A DNA stretch of 64,000 bases, from positions 248,001 through 312,000 of the forward strand of contig CBFFRP010000426.1 of NCBI GenBank assembly GCA_965644295.1. Direction: 5' to 3'. This document shows positions 53,008-64,000 of the stretch, piece after piece (the first letter of the stretch is position 1; every line of letters begins with the position of its first letter). The notes below the pieces were generated by a model. It worked only from the letters and a program-made list of their open reading frames with translations, was not told the DNA's origin and made no database searches. This stretch comes from Paraphysomonas bandaiensis. Lineage: Eukaryota; Protista; Chrysophyceae. The position numbers and the translations under genes were made by a program.

Positions 53008-53713
53008 TATTACGTTGTTTACTTGTTTTGTTGATAGTAACTAGATCTTATATAGAAACTCACTGCATTGGCTGCTATGTGATTGATTGAAATCACAGTG
53101 ATAATTCGAACACAAGCAGGTATGAAAACAACAAATACTTTATAATGAAATCTATTTCAACCCCTCTGTATCGATATATATATATATCATATACATATAT
53201 GTATGGTGCTTACAGAGTATATATATGCGTGTTTATATGAGATACTTATATATATATATGAGAAAATTTGACCCCAATTCACAACTTAAGATTCCCATAC
53301 TACAACATGTATTCCTACCGTATATTACTGTATTTCAATACCATTTTATAGAAAATATATTTTGGGTAAATTCAAACACTTATAAATAGCAATGATGTAC
53401 CTGATGATCATGCTCTTCTCGGCCTTTTGGCTAAGATCAAGTGTAGTATCTGTTCTTATCAGTGTAATAACTGATAACCGCACAATGTGCGGTACGTTAT
53501 TCACTAATATTTGAAGCTTGCAGATCACGATGAGCTTGCTCACGTCCTGCACGTTGTCCTCGGCATTGCACCACCGCCTTGTGATGACAGCCCTTAGGGG
53601 CACCCACCCACCTATTTCCACTCTACATCACACAATACAACCTCACTCATACTGCATACATCTCACCATTCCCACCACACTAGAAATGAGCACATATCCG
53701 ACAAATCACACCC

Positions 53714-54091
53714 AAAGGACACTCTATCAACTCATTGAGCATCTAAACGCAATAGTTATTAATCACTAACAACTAACAACCATGTCATAGAACATACAAG
53801 ATATTACCCAAACAACTGAGCTATTCACTGTTAATGTAGTAAATATATTGGAATAACAGTCACGAGTATAAGCTTTAAAAGTGTTCAATGCTGATTGTGG
53901 AGTGATACACTGTGCGATTCGCATCACAGTTTACGCAACACAGAAGATATGGAGGTGAGTAATTTGATATACATTCTTTGTTATATCGATCATAGCTGTT
54001 TAGGTAGCACGTCTCTTCACGTTAATAGGGAATATGCACCTCCGGAGCACTTCATTCTGGGATCCTGTATAATGTATATATTTCTCAGTCT
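53714..54091 (+). repeat. Left arm of a ~380-bp high-identity inverted duplication
   Basis: Reverse complement of 55052-55430, with long identical runs such as GTTTAGGTAGCACGTCTCTTCACGTTAATAGGGAATATGCACCTCCGGAGCACTTCATTCTGGGATCCTGTATAATG. Confidence 0.95.
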
Positions 54092-54528
54092 ACGTGATAT
54101 TTCGCATGAAGCAATCCTTCCTGGCCTCTTCAATAGTTAATGTTGAAGTGTGTAAATTTTGCATAATGCTTTATATCTGCCTGTGTTTAAGAGGTCTTGT
54201 TTAAGATGGCAAATGTTAGAGTCATTCTTGAATCCAGGAACAGTTTGAACCTAGATATTATATATTTTGTGTAGCTCTATTTCAATTGTTATGATGTGTT
54301 GAATATAACTTATTCCTTTTTCCAATGCCGTTGCGATTATCAGTTTATAATCACAATTCTATTGCAACTATTGTTAATGGGATCTGAATTTCTCAGATTT
54401 CTCTCGAAGTCTGCTAGGATATTCTACTGTGAGCTGTGAGTCGCCGAGTGAATGTTGGGTACAATTGTGCCATATACTTTTTACAAAGTATGGCAACGTT
54501 ATCAATACCCACTGCGGTATGACTCTGG

Positions 54529-55427
54529 TCACTTTTGAGTTTCGATATAATACTCTAGCAAAATTAGTGGACAACAATAAAATACATACTTATTGCATGA
54601 TTATTTTGGAAATAACGTTTCCCGTACACATCCTTTACAATACATTTCTGTTCGCTTTTGTCACACACCCGCGCTCCGTTAGAATCGCTAATGCATGGCA
54701 AAAAAAGTCACTGTACACTGTAACAGATGTTACAAAGAATAGCTAGTGCTATGTTCAATGTTCAATAGTGTTGTAATCTGAGTACTAGGTTTTAATTCTT
54801 TTATCACAGCCATATATTTGAGTTGACATACTGCATTCTACAACATTAATTATTAGTTTCAGATATATCGTATTAACTAACTAACTAACTAGTTTAATAA
54901 GAATATCACTTCTGTCATCAGCAGTGCTCATTCGACACGCCTTGTGAAAACAATATACAGAAACATCCGATTTTTTAATATGAAACGGGAAAACTTTAAG
55001 AAATTAGTGCTTCATACGATAACATCAACTTGCAGTTAGCCAGTATACAGATAGTCTGAGTTATATATACATTATACAGGATCCCAGAATGAAGTGCTCC
55101 GGAGGTGCATATTCCCTATTAACGTGAAGAGACGTGCTACCTAAACAGCTATGATCGATATAACAAGGAAGTATATCAAATTACTCACCTCCATATCTTC
55201 TGTGTTGCGTAAACTGTGATGCGAATCGCACAGTGTATCACTCCACAATCAGCATTGAATACTTCTAAATCTTAATACTCGTGATTGTTATTCCAATATA
55301 TTTACTACATTAACAGTGAATAGCACAGTTGTTTGGGTAATATCTTGTATGTTCTATGACATGGTTGTTAGTTGTTAGTGATTAATAACTATTGCGTTTA
55401 AATGCTCAATGAGTTCATAGAATGTCC
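54529..55427 (-). CDS. Putative small micro-exon gene of unknown function, missed by the ORF track; 5' end not found
   Basis: GT..AG splicing by eye gives an open product ..TFYELIEHLNAI/NIQDITQTTVLFTVNV/FTQHRRYG/GSTSLHVNREYAPPEHFILGS/FFPFHIKKSD..LIKL/NAVCQLKY..KP/MYSDFFLPCISD..NHAI/KYYIETQK* (TGA 54529-54531). Confidence 0.45.
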
Positions 55428-55430
55428 TTT
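55052..55430 (-). repeat. Right arm of the inverted duplication
   Basis: Reverse complement of 53714-54091, with only scattered mismatches and small indels. Confidence 0.95.
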
Positions 55431-55856
55431 AGTTGACTTGATACACTATTACTATGATTGCTTGGTGTGTGAGATATATATGATATATGTTTAGTTGTAT
55501 AGTCAAGGTGTAGAGGATGATATGCATAGATATCTACAGAGGGCATGCATTGCTGTGTACCACAGTAGTATGGAAAGAAATATATGAGAAATTTCCTGGG
55601 GCATAGTGTAGGGCACTGTACTTTCCCCCCACGAAGCAAGCAGTGCGTATGTGATGCAAACTACGATGTATGTATGGTATTGTACGACAGCAGAGTACGT
55701 ATGTGGTAGCTGTCTACTATCTTCACTGTGTCCAAGGCCTTAATATACTATATATATATATGACTGCAGGTTCATCTGCTAATAACACAACTTATCATAT
55801 CACCTCCTTCTCCTCAATCACATCTATATCATCATTGATCCTGACAACATAAGGTC

Positions 55857-57133
55857 ATGTCATTGGGATTCCTGTTTAAGAGAAGATATAAGTCTTATCG
55901 TGTCCATTCATTTCCCTCTAATGGTAAGACAGATGCAGATGATACACCGAAATTATTACATCAACGGACGAATTCTATTGATTATGAAGTGGATCTAGAT
56001 ACATTAGACACTACAGTTGCATGTTCTCCTCGTCCACTTGCGGGTTCACCATTGATAAGGAGGGCAGAATCAATGAAAGGACGGCGTGGATCTATATCAC
56101 GTTATAGTAAGGATTCGATTCGTTTCTCGCAAGTGTTACGACAGACTAGGAATTCTGTGGTATTGAATGGGTCTCTTGGAGCTGGTGATTTATCTGTGAC
56201 CGTTGTGGTTAAGGCGATAAACCAATCGGATCCAGAAAATAATGAAGCTATGGAAAGATTAGTTTTCGAGCGTGATTTACTGTTGTCAATAAGGTATGTA
56301 CAACCAAGATTTGTTAAGTAATGCTAAATTACTATTTGTGTAGTCACACCAATATCATAAATGTAATGGGATATGCTGGGGCATACGATGGCTCAGCATG
56401 CGTAATACAGGGGCCATTGTTAATTTTGGAAAAGCTCAATGGGTCGGTCCTGAAAGATGCCCTCAAAAAGCCACTATCGCTCTCCAAGTACCCATTTTCT
56501 CTTCTCCGCGCTTTAGAGATCGCTCGAGACATTGCCTCTGCACTGCAATATTTGCACCATGAATATAGCTCAGATATTGTCGTTCTACACCGCGACTTGC
56601 AGCCAGATAACATAACCCTTACATCCGACGGACGTGCAGTTATATCGGATTTTGAAGAGTGTATATCCGTACGGTACACGGATGCCCAACGGGGAGCATT
56701 CAACTTGCTTCCTGGAAAGGGAGCCGTTGCATACAGGGCGCCCGAGATGATGCGGAATGAACCGTACAGCGAACGGGTGGACGTCTACAGCTTCGGCATT
56801 CTGCTCTGGGTTCTTCTTTCTGGAGGGGTGCCGTATAGTGGGCTCAATGACTACGAGCTTGTGCAAGGCGTGTCACAGACCGGTGTAAGACCTGACATTG
56901 CTTCTGCAATGTCCCGGGTATCTGACCGTCGTGTCGCATACGGACTGAAGTCTTTGATTACTTCCTGTTGGAATGATGACCATCTCGAAAGGATGGACAT
57001 CAGTGATATATATTCGGACATTCGTGAATTCTGGCATCGCGAAATGAGAAGTGTAAGCGCGAAAAAACTCACCACAAAAAATGCTCATCGGTGGATTCTT
57101 GGTCATTCCAACGCCAATGCGTTGTTGTTATGA
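55857..57133 (+). CDS. TKL-type protein kinase-like protein, probable pseudokinase; 2 exons
   Basis: VVVK, HRDLQPDNI, SDFE, AYRAPE, DVYSFGILLW, CW..ER. No GxGxxG loop. Confidence 0.88.
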
Positions 57134-57826
57134 AGGTGTATTAAAAATGGGCTAGTGGTAATTGATGTTCTTCATGTTCTGTTTTCTGAGTTGTGTTGCT
57201 GTTTTTTTTGTTTTTTGTTTTTATGTAGTTTCTTTTATATGCATATTGGTTGTGTTGGAGTTGTGCATATATGTAGCGTCGTACGTTATTCTTTGGATTG
57301 TGTTTGCTTGTTCCAATGATTTGTTGGAGTGTTTTTCTTTTCGTAATCATGACTTTTGCTGTATGACACCTTATTGAATATTTTTTTGTGTCGGTTTTAT
57401 CAAAGTAGTGGGATACAGTTTGATTTGCTATCGATGCAATTTAGAATTATAATATACAACGATATGTTAGCGATATATATACATATATATTCTGAGACAC
57501 TGAGGTCTTAGGTAATGTTTTTCGTTAGTCGTAAGTAAGTAATGGGTGACTAATAGTGGTGATGCGTATACGGCTTCACATATTTTTCCTTCATCTTATC
57601 CAATATTCAAAGTCTATAGTCAGTTCGAACAAATATACAAACGAAACGAGAATGTGAATGACAAAGCAAGGATGACAGAAACTTCTTCCATATATCAGTC
57701 GATTATTTCAATGCAATCTTACAGGTAGCGGATACAAAGCTCACCTTTTCTAAAACAGTAGAACACTTACTTCATTCAATATAAGCACAGAAAATACTTT
57801 TCTATAGATTCATAGGACAATTTAAA

Positions 57827-58657
57827 TTATGCAGTATCAGTATTATCATATGATAAGTACTCAACCCATGGAATACATTCGTCTATGCCACGAAGGAAAG
57901 AGTCCGGATCATTAACTACAAACTCTAATTCATGTTCTCTAAACGCTGCGACATACTTCACTTCAGAATAACCAAGCCTACAGAGTAATAAACGAACAAC
58001 AATGTTGAACATATTTTACATATATAATTTGCACTCACTTCTTAAACAGTTTCAGGGATGCTTCATTCTGTTCGTTAATTTTGCAATAGAAGTTTTTTAC
58101 ACCAAGAGATTTCACTGCATAATGCATCATTAACTGAACGGCCTCTCTACCACACCCTTGTCGTCGACTACTTTCCTCAGCAATCATAACATCAATCTCT
58201 ACTCTGTGCTCATCATCGTAATCATTGAAAAATATATTTACATCCCCTATCATCACTTCGTTGGTTCTCACCGCGTCATCTAATGGCTGAGGTTTCTGTA
58301 AAACAATGAAGGTACATTCTGTAAATCGATGAACATATTATTCCAGTCAATATGTTGTGGATGATTTTACTTTTAGGATCGTCTCTCCATGAGGCTTGCA
58401 TATCGTATTCTTCTTGCAATGTTAATGGTTCTGAAGCCGTCATTTCCAGTATATATGGATCTATTAACCATAAGTAATGTTGAATTACTATTATGCAATA
58501 TATAAACCTTGCATCCAACCTGAACAATACAATAATTAGATATCTATGATATATATATATATATACTCCTACCGTGATATGTATCAACGTGTTTTCTACA
58601 ATACGGCACGAGATGAACCAGAGAACCACATATTGACACTTCTGCGTTGTCTCGCAT
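57827..58657 (-). CDS. NAT9: GNAT N-acetyltransferase NAT9-like, multi-exon
   Basis: [79 protein letters not shown]. Confidence 0.92.
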
Positions 58658-59147
58658 CCTCTTAATTGTCTTGAACTGAGTAATGATACTATTCGTGTTG
58701 TTTATCTGATTGTTCCATATATATATATATATATATATGCTGTACATGCTGTATGTACACCAGAGTATGTATGTACAGTACTGTATCACTGTATCCATAT
58801 GTACATATTGTACAGCAGTGGTGTGTATGTATGTATACCGTATATGGGTACATATATGAGGACTACCACATTAAATACTGGTCAGAATACACCATTGCTA
58901 TAGTATCATCTTCTGTATAGTGGTATACTGTACTGTATATATACAGGAATACTGCCAGATATACATATGTATATACACTGCTCTGCAGACTATACATCCA
59001 GCTGACTCACTGAGTGATACACACATATGCACCTCAGCTCAGTGCACTCCACTATATTTACAAGGCAGTATAGTCTCCCCATAACTAATATCGAATATCT
59101 ACAATATATATCTCATATTATCTCAGTAACACTACTAGATATAACAA

Positions 59148-59478
59148 ATGGACGTCGAATTGGAACACGTTCCATCACAAATAGGAACCGCTATCTTGAA
59201 TATAAGGAATGGGTCTATATTAAAAGTATCTGGTGAATTGGATAGTGACTCTGGAAGGATACAATGTGGAAGTCTCTATCAAATTATGCTTGTAAGTTGT
59301 TATTGTTTCTTATGGAATGGTTCTGATGTATGTTGTATTATAGGATAGTGCCAAATGTGTAGACGATGAACCAGTGCGAAGAATCTCTGTAATTTTTGGC
59401 ACTCACAAATTTATAATGACGGCTGCCAGGCAACATTTATACATTGTTAAAGTTCATGCTTCCGAATCAGACATGTAG
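59148..59478 (+). CDS. LAMTOR4: Ragulator complex subunit LAMTOR4-like, 2 exons
   Basis: Spliced MDVELEHVPSQIGTAIL...SGELDSD...YQIML/DSAKCVDDEPVRRISVIFGTHKFIMT...YIVKV: roadblock-type size and LAMTOR4 signature (LExIPxQxG, SGEL, RISV). Confidence 0.75.
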
Positions 59479-59830
59479 CTTATCCATGAAAGACAATGAC
59501 AACATCAGGCAGCTCAACGTAGTGTTGTTATTTCCATGGCTGCATTCTATTCGTATTCTCTTGTTAGTATGTTTGAAATGAAAAGTAAATTTTTGAATAC
59601 AGCGAGTTAACATATCATTTATTTATTTTATCATTGAGGTGGAAACGACTTATGTTTGGGATTTACTAAGGCACAAGTTATCAAGCTGTGATTAACCACC
59701 ATATTTCGATTATGCAAATATCTTATAGTATGAATCATGTAGTTAATGGCTGTTTATTTAGCAAGAGTCAGAACCAGATTAGTAGCTATATGACAAACTA
59801 GCCAAGCTAGATAAACATCTACTATTTACT

Positions 59831-59920
59831 AACTAGTGCAAACTCTTATATCCTACTATTTAGTGCTACGATAACTGCTTGTGCGTCGCCGCAAGCACCA
59901 AGGTGCTACCTTTCTCGCTA
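59831..59920 (-). repeat. Interspersed repeat copy 5 (short 3' fragment)
   Basis: ATATCCTACTATTTAGTGCTACGATAACTGCTTGTGCGTCGCCGCAAGCACCAAGGTGC is the reverse complement of the family core. Confidence 0.8.
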
Positions 59921-60539
59921 TATTCATAGATCTCTGTGTAGGGAACGTTGTTCAACGTGCAACATGACAAGTGAAAGCAGTGATCTAAGTCTACTATTAC
60001 CACAACACATATCTACACATACATTGTGTGCACTTTGCATCGGGGGCTGCCTTATGTGCCTCACGGCAGGCACCAGGGGAAGCAGCAATATACACTTCTG
60101 AGTTTGGCAATCTGGTGGTCTTCTCTTAAGTGTTATGGTTGAAGGTTTTGCAAAACGTGGATCTACAGTGGAGAAGCGTCGGAATCGGCTCTTTTGCTGT
60201 CTTAGCCAGTAGCTTTATATAACATTCTGTTGCGAGATATGTATCGAAGTAATATAAGAAATAAATTTGTCAATATAGTGCAAGATAAGCAACAGCGTAA
60301 AATAACACTTATATACTTCGCACTTACTGCAATTGCTTCCCATACTCATGACAAGTTTTACAGCGAAGTTTAGTTTCAGGAGAAAAATGTTTTGTATTGT
60401 CTTATATTGTTTCTCCTAAACGCACTGCACTCTAAACAGATAAATAAAGTTAGAGAATCACTGCTGCCGACAAATACACATGGATAGGATTAATCAGTCA
60501 GTGCAGGATCTTTAGTTCGACGCAAAAAAGTGAGTCTAG

Positions 60540-61040
60540 AATTACCCATACAGCAGTCTAGTAGGCGCAATGTTGTATGTCAAGGCGCACAACACCAGAT
60601 ATGTTGATGCTGTTAGTTTTTTAGATATGCTGCTGAGCCAACTTTGGCTAGATGCGAATTAATGAGCCACCTCTTGCAGTTGGGAAAGGGATCCTATTTA
60701 GTGGCACCAGATTTGACAAGCTGATTGGAAGTGTTGTGTCACGCTGTACCACGACTGGATACATTGTGTTTGTTGCAGCAGGTGAACCACTCACCTGGCA
60801 GTCCATTTCAAAGACCACCGAATCGAACGTATCAATGCAATGTGAGTATCAGGCTATATAAGCTTTAAGTTTGTATGCAGGAACTAGTGTTGTTTGGAGG
60901 TACGTGGTGATGAGAGAGCATGTAGATCCAGTTGGTCCATTTAGTACAGTGGCACTGTATCATGGTAGTACTGATGATCAAACTGCTGATATTGTACCTA
61001 ATCTCTGCGTGGTGTCTTTTATGATAAGCATCAAAAAAGG
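60540..61040 (+). mobile_element. Ty1/copia reverse transcriptase end and RNase H relic
   Basis: YPYSSLVGAMLYV, TTGYIVFVAAGEPLTWQS..SMQCEYQA and REHV..TDDQTADI match the copia Y.S.VG.L.Y, STTGY..WxS..EAEY and DQxAD motifs; broken by stops and deletions. Confidence 0.75.
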
Positions 61041-61753
61041 TGTCCAGGCGAAGATCAGAAATGTACTAAAGAAGGTATCAGAGAAATGTTTATAAAAGTG
61101 GCAGAAGATCATAAGCCTAAGGCTAGCTGAAATGTCGGAGTCAAACGTCCACTATTTAGCTTTCAGTGGTTTCGTATCAGTCAGTTATGTCGTTTGATGT
61201 TTGATGTAAATACTTCAGCTAAAAGTTTGAATTGAGAAGAAGTGTTGAGTTTTGCTGTCCGTGAGTAATTAAAATCCGTATTTCTATATTATTTGAACTT
61301 GTATAATATCATCGTTACTTGTATAATATATAATACTATAGTGATTAACAGCACTACATAAACTAATATATATGATCTGAATCATGTGTGTGAATCGCCT
61401 GCATGAGATCGTGTCTATCTAAGAACTATAATATTGATTGGTAGTTGAGAGAATATAAATTGTAAAGAATACCAATGAATGATATGGGCTATGATGATTT
61501 TAACTTCAATAATAGATTACTGTGTGACTTCAAGTTCAAGTATTTCAGTGTAAGTATTTCACATTTAAAAACTATCAAATATTGATAAAGTAGGGATACA
61601 ATTTTAACCTGCAATGTCTTCTTCCTTATCTAATTACTATTCATTAAAAAACAATCGCTTGACAATTAACATCAGAACACAAGCTGATACCAAGCATGTT
61701 ATTAATTACATATAGTTGTCGACATAAATTGGCCATCCTACCAAAAAGATCTG

Positions 61754-62242
61754 TTATGTATTCAACTTTTTCGTCATCAGAGCGATATAATCTTCATAAT
61801 ATACATTTCCTGTTTCAGGATCTTTGGCAATCTGAAAGAACTGCTCCAGTTCTTTCGGGCGGAACGGAGTCCCTTTGGCTGTAAGCAAATCTTCGAGAAC
61901 ATCAGCCGATATGAAACCTGTGTTGTTGGTGTCAATAGTTCGAAACGCCTGAAGCAATAAGTCTCCGGAATCAGGTTCACACTCTTTTGATGCCAATATT
62001 CGCAGCATAACCTTTTCAAACTTCGAGTATTGCACAAACCCTGATGGTTCATCATCTTGCATTTCAGGTAGTATCTCTTTAACCAACATCTTCTCAGTGG
62101 GAAAGGCACCAAGAGCTCTCATTATTGTACCCACTTCCTCATTAATAACGGAATCACTTTTCTCTTTATCAAATAAATCAAATGTTTCCCTTATTTTCCG
62201 CTGTGTTTCAGCTGTCCACTGTTCTGTTCTTTGAGTTGTCAT
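61754..62242 (-). CDS. EFCAB2: Calmodulin-like EF-hand protein, EFCAB2/DRC8 (dynein regulatory complex subunit 8) type
   Basis: 162 aa: IRETFDLFDKE..EEVGTIMRALGAFPTE..LLQAFRTID..G.PF..E..A.DPETGNVYYEDY. Confidence 0.8.
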   Translation of the reverse strand: MTTQRTEQWTAETQRKIRETFDLFDKEKSDSVINEEVGTIMRALGAFPTEKMLVKEILPEMQDDEPSGFVQYSKFEKVMLRILASKECEPDSGDLLLQAFRTIDTNNTGFISADVLEDLLTAKGTPFRPKELEQFFQIAKDPETGNVYYEDYIALMTKKLNT

Positions 62243-62655
62243 TTGTGTTATTTTTCAAGATAATTTGTTTAATTAGAAGTGACTTACACTCCTGTATGCT
62301 AATAATACAAATCACGAATAAAGATGATAGAAGAAGAGATTCAATATGGTCTTTATTAGTGTTACTGCTCGAGATATATTTGCAATATGATGGCAGTATG
62401 GTCATGATAATTATGCTCTATAAAGACACTGTGCAGACTGCTTATGTATGTATATATGTATGTATTTTACGTATGGATGTTATGTACGTATGATGTACAT
62501 GTATGTATGATATGTTGTATAGTGAAACTGACTACGAACTATGGGAGTGTACTGTATATGCATGTATATATATGAGCATACATACTGACAACTAGTGTAC
62601 AGGAGGAGCAGCAGGTTTTTGGCTAACGAGGGTTTGTATATGACAAAAGCGTTTC

Positions 62656-62746
62656 ATACATACACATACATACACAGACATACATACACAGACATACACA
62701 GACATACATATGCGTGCATGTCCATCTATAGATACATACATACATA
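62656..62746. repeat. Degenerate CATA/CACA/CAGA microsatellite in a divergent promoter
   Basis: catacatacacatacatacacagacatacatacacagacatacacagacatacat visible directly. Confidence 0.8.
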
Positions 62747-62990
62747 TGAGATTGTAAGTCTCAGCTTGCATCAGAACTAGAGGAACAATAAACCTACTAC
62801 CAAACACTTGACGTAACCATAGGAAACACTATCTGAATGCAGTCATCTATGTATTAACTCTCTCCTTATCTTGCAATATATCTACTCTTATATATATACA
62901 CTCTCATAGAACTGTATCCACATAAACATATATACATATCTGTATACACTCACCTCTAACCTCTTCACTATCACACTCTATTAATTAATT

Positions 62991-64000
62991 ATGCAGAATA
63001 GATTAGTCATCGACCATTCAATAGACTCACCAGCAGCAGGCTCTCTATCATCCCCAAGTTTCAGTCCACAAAAATCATTAAGTATGAAACTTAGAGCTGA
63101 GTCTACACTAATCTCTCGTCCTAACTCCACTATGTCACGTACACTTCCGAAAGTGACGAAACGACGATCATCTAATATTCATCTTCCTGTGAAAATACCC
63201 AAATCAGATGTAGCAAAGATGTATGAAAAGTTGAGTGGTTTGTATGAGACTGAAGGATTTGAATCATTCCCTTCCCGTGGTGCTATAATGCACCCCTCAA
63301 CTGTTTGTGTTCGATGTGCAAGCCATGCATCTCTCTGTGTGCCATGTGCTGATACTCTTGCCCAAGAAGCTGTAGGCTTCTTTCGAAAGTCCCAGGCTGT
63401 AGGGGCATATCACCTGTTTGACAATGCAATCAAACAAGCTGGGGCTTCGAAGGTTGTTCGATTTATTGTATTTCGATGCTGGAAAAATACTGTACGTCGT
63501 ATATCATACAATAGAGGCCAGAGGGAGAAAATGACGTCAAAAGTGTATTTTTTCCGTGTTCTTAGGGAGCCATTCGCGAGTTGGGTAAAATTCACTAGAG
63601 AATGTCAGACCGAGCGACGAGAAAAACGCATTGAACAATTAGAGGATAAAGTAAAAGTATTAGAGCAAACAGTAAATAAGTTTTCAATGGAGAAGGCCGC
63701 GGCAGAAAAGCAGGTATGTTGTGCGTATGTACAAATATTGTTTGTGGCATTTGGTAATACATTTTCAGATTAAGCAATTGCTTATCATTAAATCAAAGAA
63801 TGAAGAGGCAGCTGAGGCACAAAGACAACACATTGCTTCACTGGACGATACGATAAAGCTAGAACGCTCACGAGTTATTCGTTTGTCGCAGTTGTTGAGC
63901 GAAACAACACCACGTTTTGTGAACCTCGTTAAGGCATCGTCGAAAAGTACTCTGAACGGCAGCGTCAGACATATTAACCTTACACATGGTATGAACGTTT
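62991..64000 (+). CDS. Hypothetical coiled-coil protein; runs off the window end
   Basis: ORF 62991-63773 with CxxC..CxxC and a coiled coil, intron gtatgt..ttcag, then an open exon IKQLLIIKSKNEE.. to the edge. Confidence 0.7.

Noticed and set aside
53714-55430. Inverted arms as TIRs of a Pack-MULE or foldback transposon
   Set aside because: No flanking target-site duplication is visible, and the arms contain exon/intron structure continuous with a gene model.
13051-59478. RagA, LAMTOR4 and a BEACH gene as a lysosome/TORC1 gene cluster
   Set aside because: They are spread over 46 kb among unrelated genes; chance is sufficient without synteny evidence.
4732-59920. Repeat family as a CRISPR array or a hammerhead-ribozyme retrozyme
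   Set aside because: Copies are long, dispersed and not regularly spaced; no cas genes are present; I found no CTGANGA...GAAA hammerhead core on either strand by eye.
1-64000. Alternative genetic code, or rRNA/tRNA genes
   Set aside because: All three stop codons end conserved genes, internal stops are explained by introns, and no rRNA or tRNA was recognised.

Overview
Gene-dense eukaryotic nuclear DNA with many short GT-AG introns and the standard genetic code (TAA, TAG and TGA all act as stops). It is probably from a flagellated stramenopile-type protist; this is inferred from intron style, a DRC8/EFCAB2 gene and an oomycete-like hAT relic. About 20 protein-coding genes are present: an MgtE-type membrane protein, an atypical ARF GTPase fusion, RRP6/EXOSC10, RagA, an FkbM methyltransferase, a TLC-domain protein, a pectin-acetylesterase/Notum-family hydrolase, a divergent PRPP synthetase, a MORN+LRR protein, a giant BEACH protein, a DH-PH RhoGEF fused to an EFCAB7-like module, a TKL-type (pseudo)kinase, NAT9, LAMTOR4, DRC8 and several unknowns. 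Genes are arranged almost entirely as head-to-head pairs. Transposon debris (five copies of a ~460-bp structured repeat, hAT and copia relics) lies outside those promoter gaps. Highlights: (1) an intact RRP6 gene with three of four DEDD catalytic acids replaced (D>A, D>A, D>N); (2) a non-myristoylated ARF with Q71C and a P-loop G>S change fused to a tandemly duplicated His-motif domain; (3) a two-subfamily, hairpin-rich interspersed repeat; (4) a ~380-bp inverted duplication of exons and introns of a micro-exon gene. All exon models were spliced by eye.
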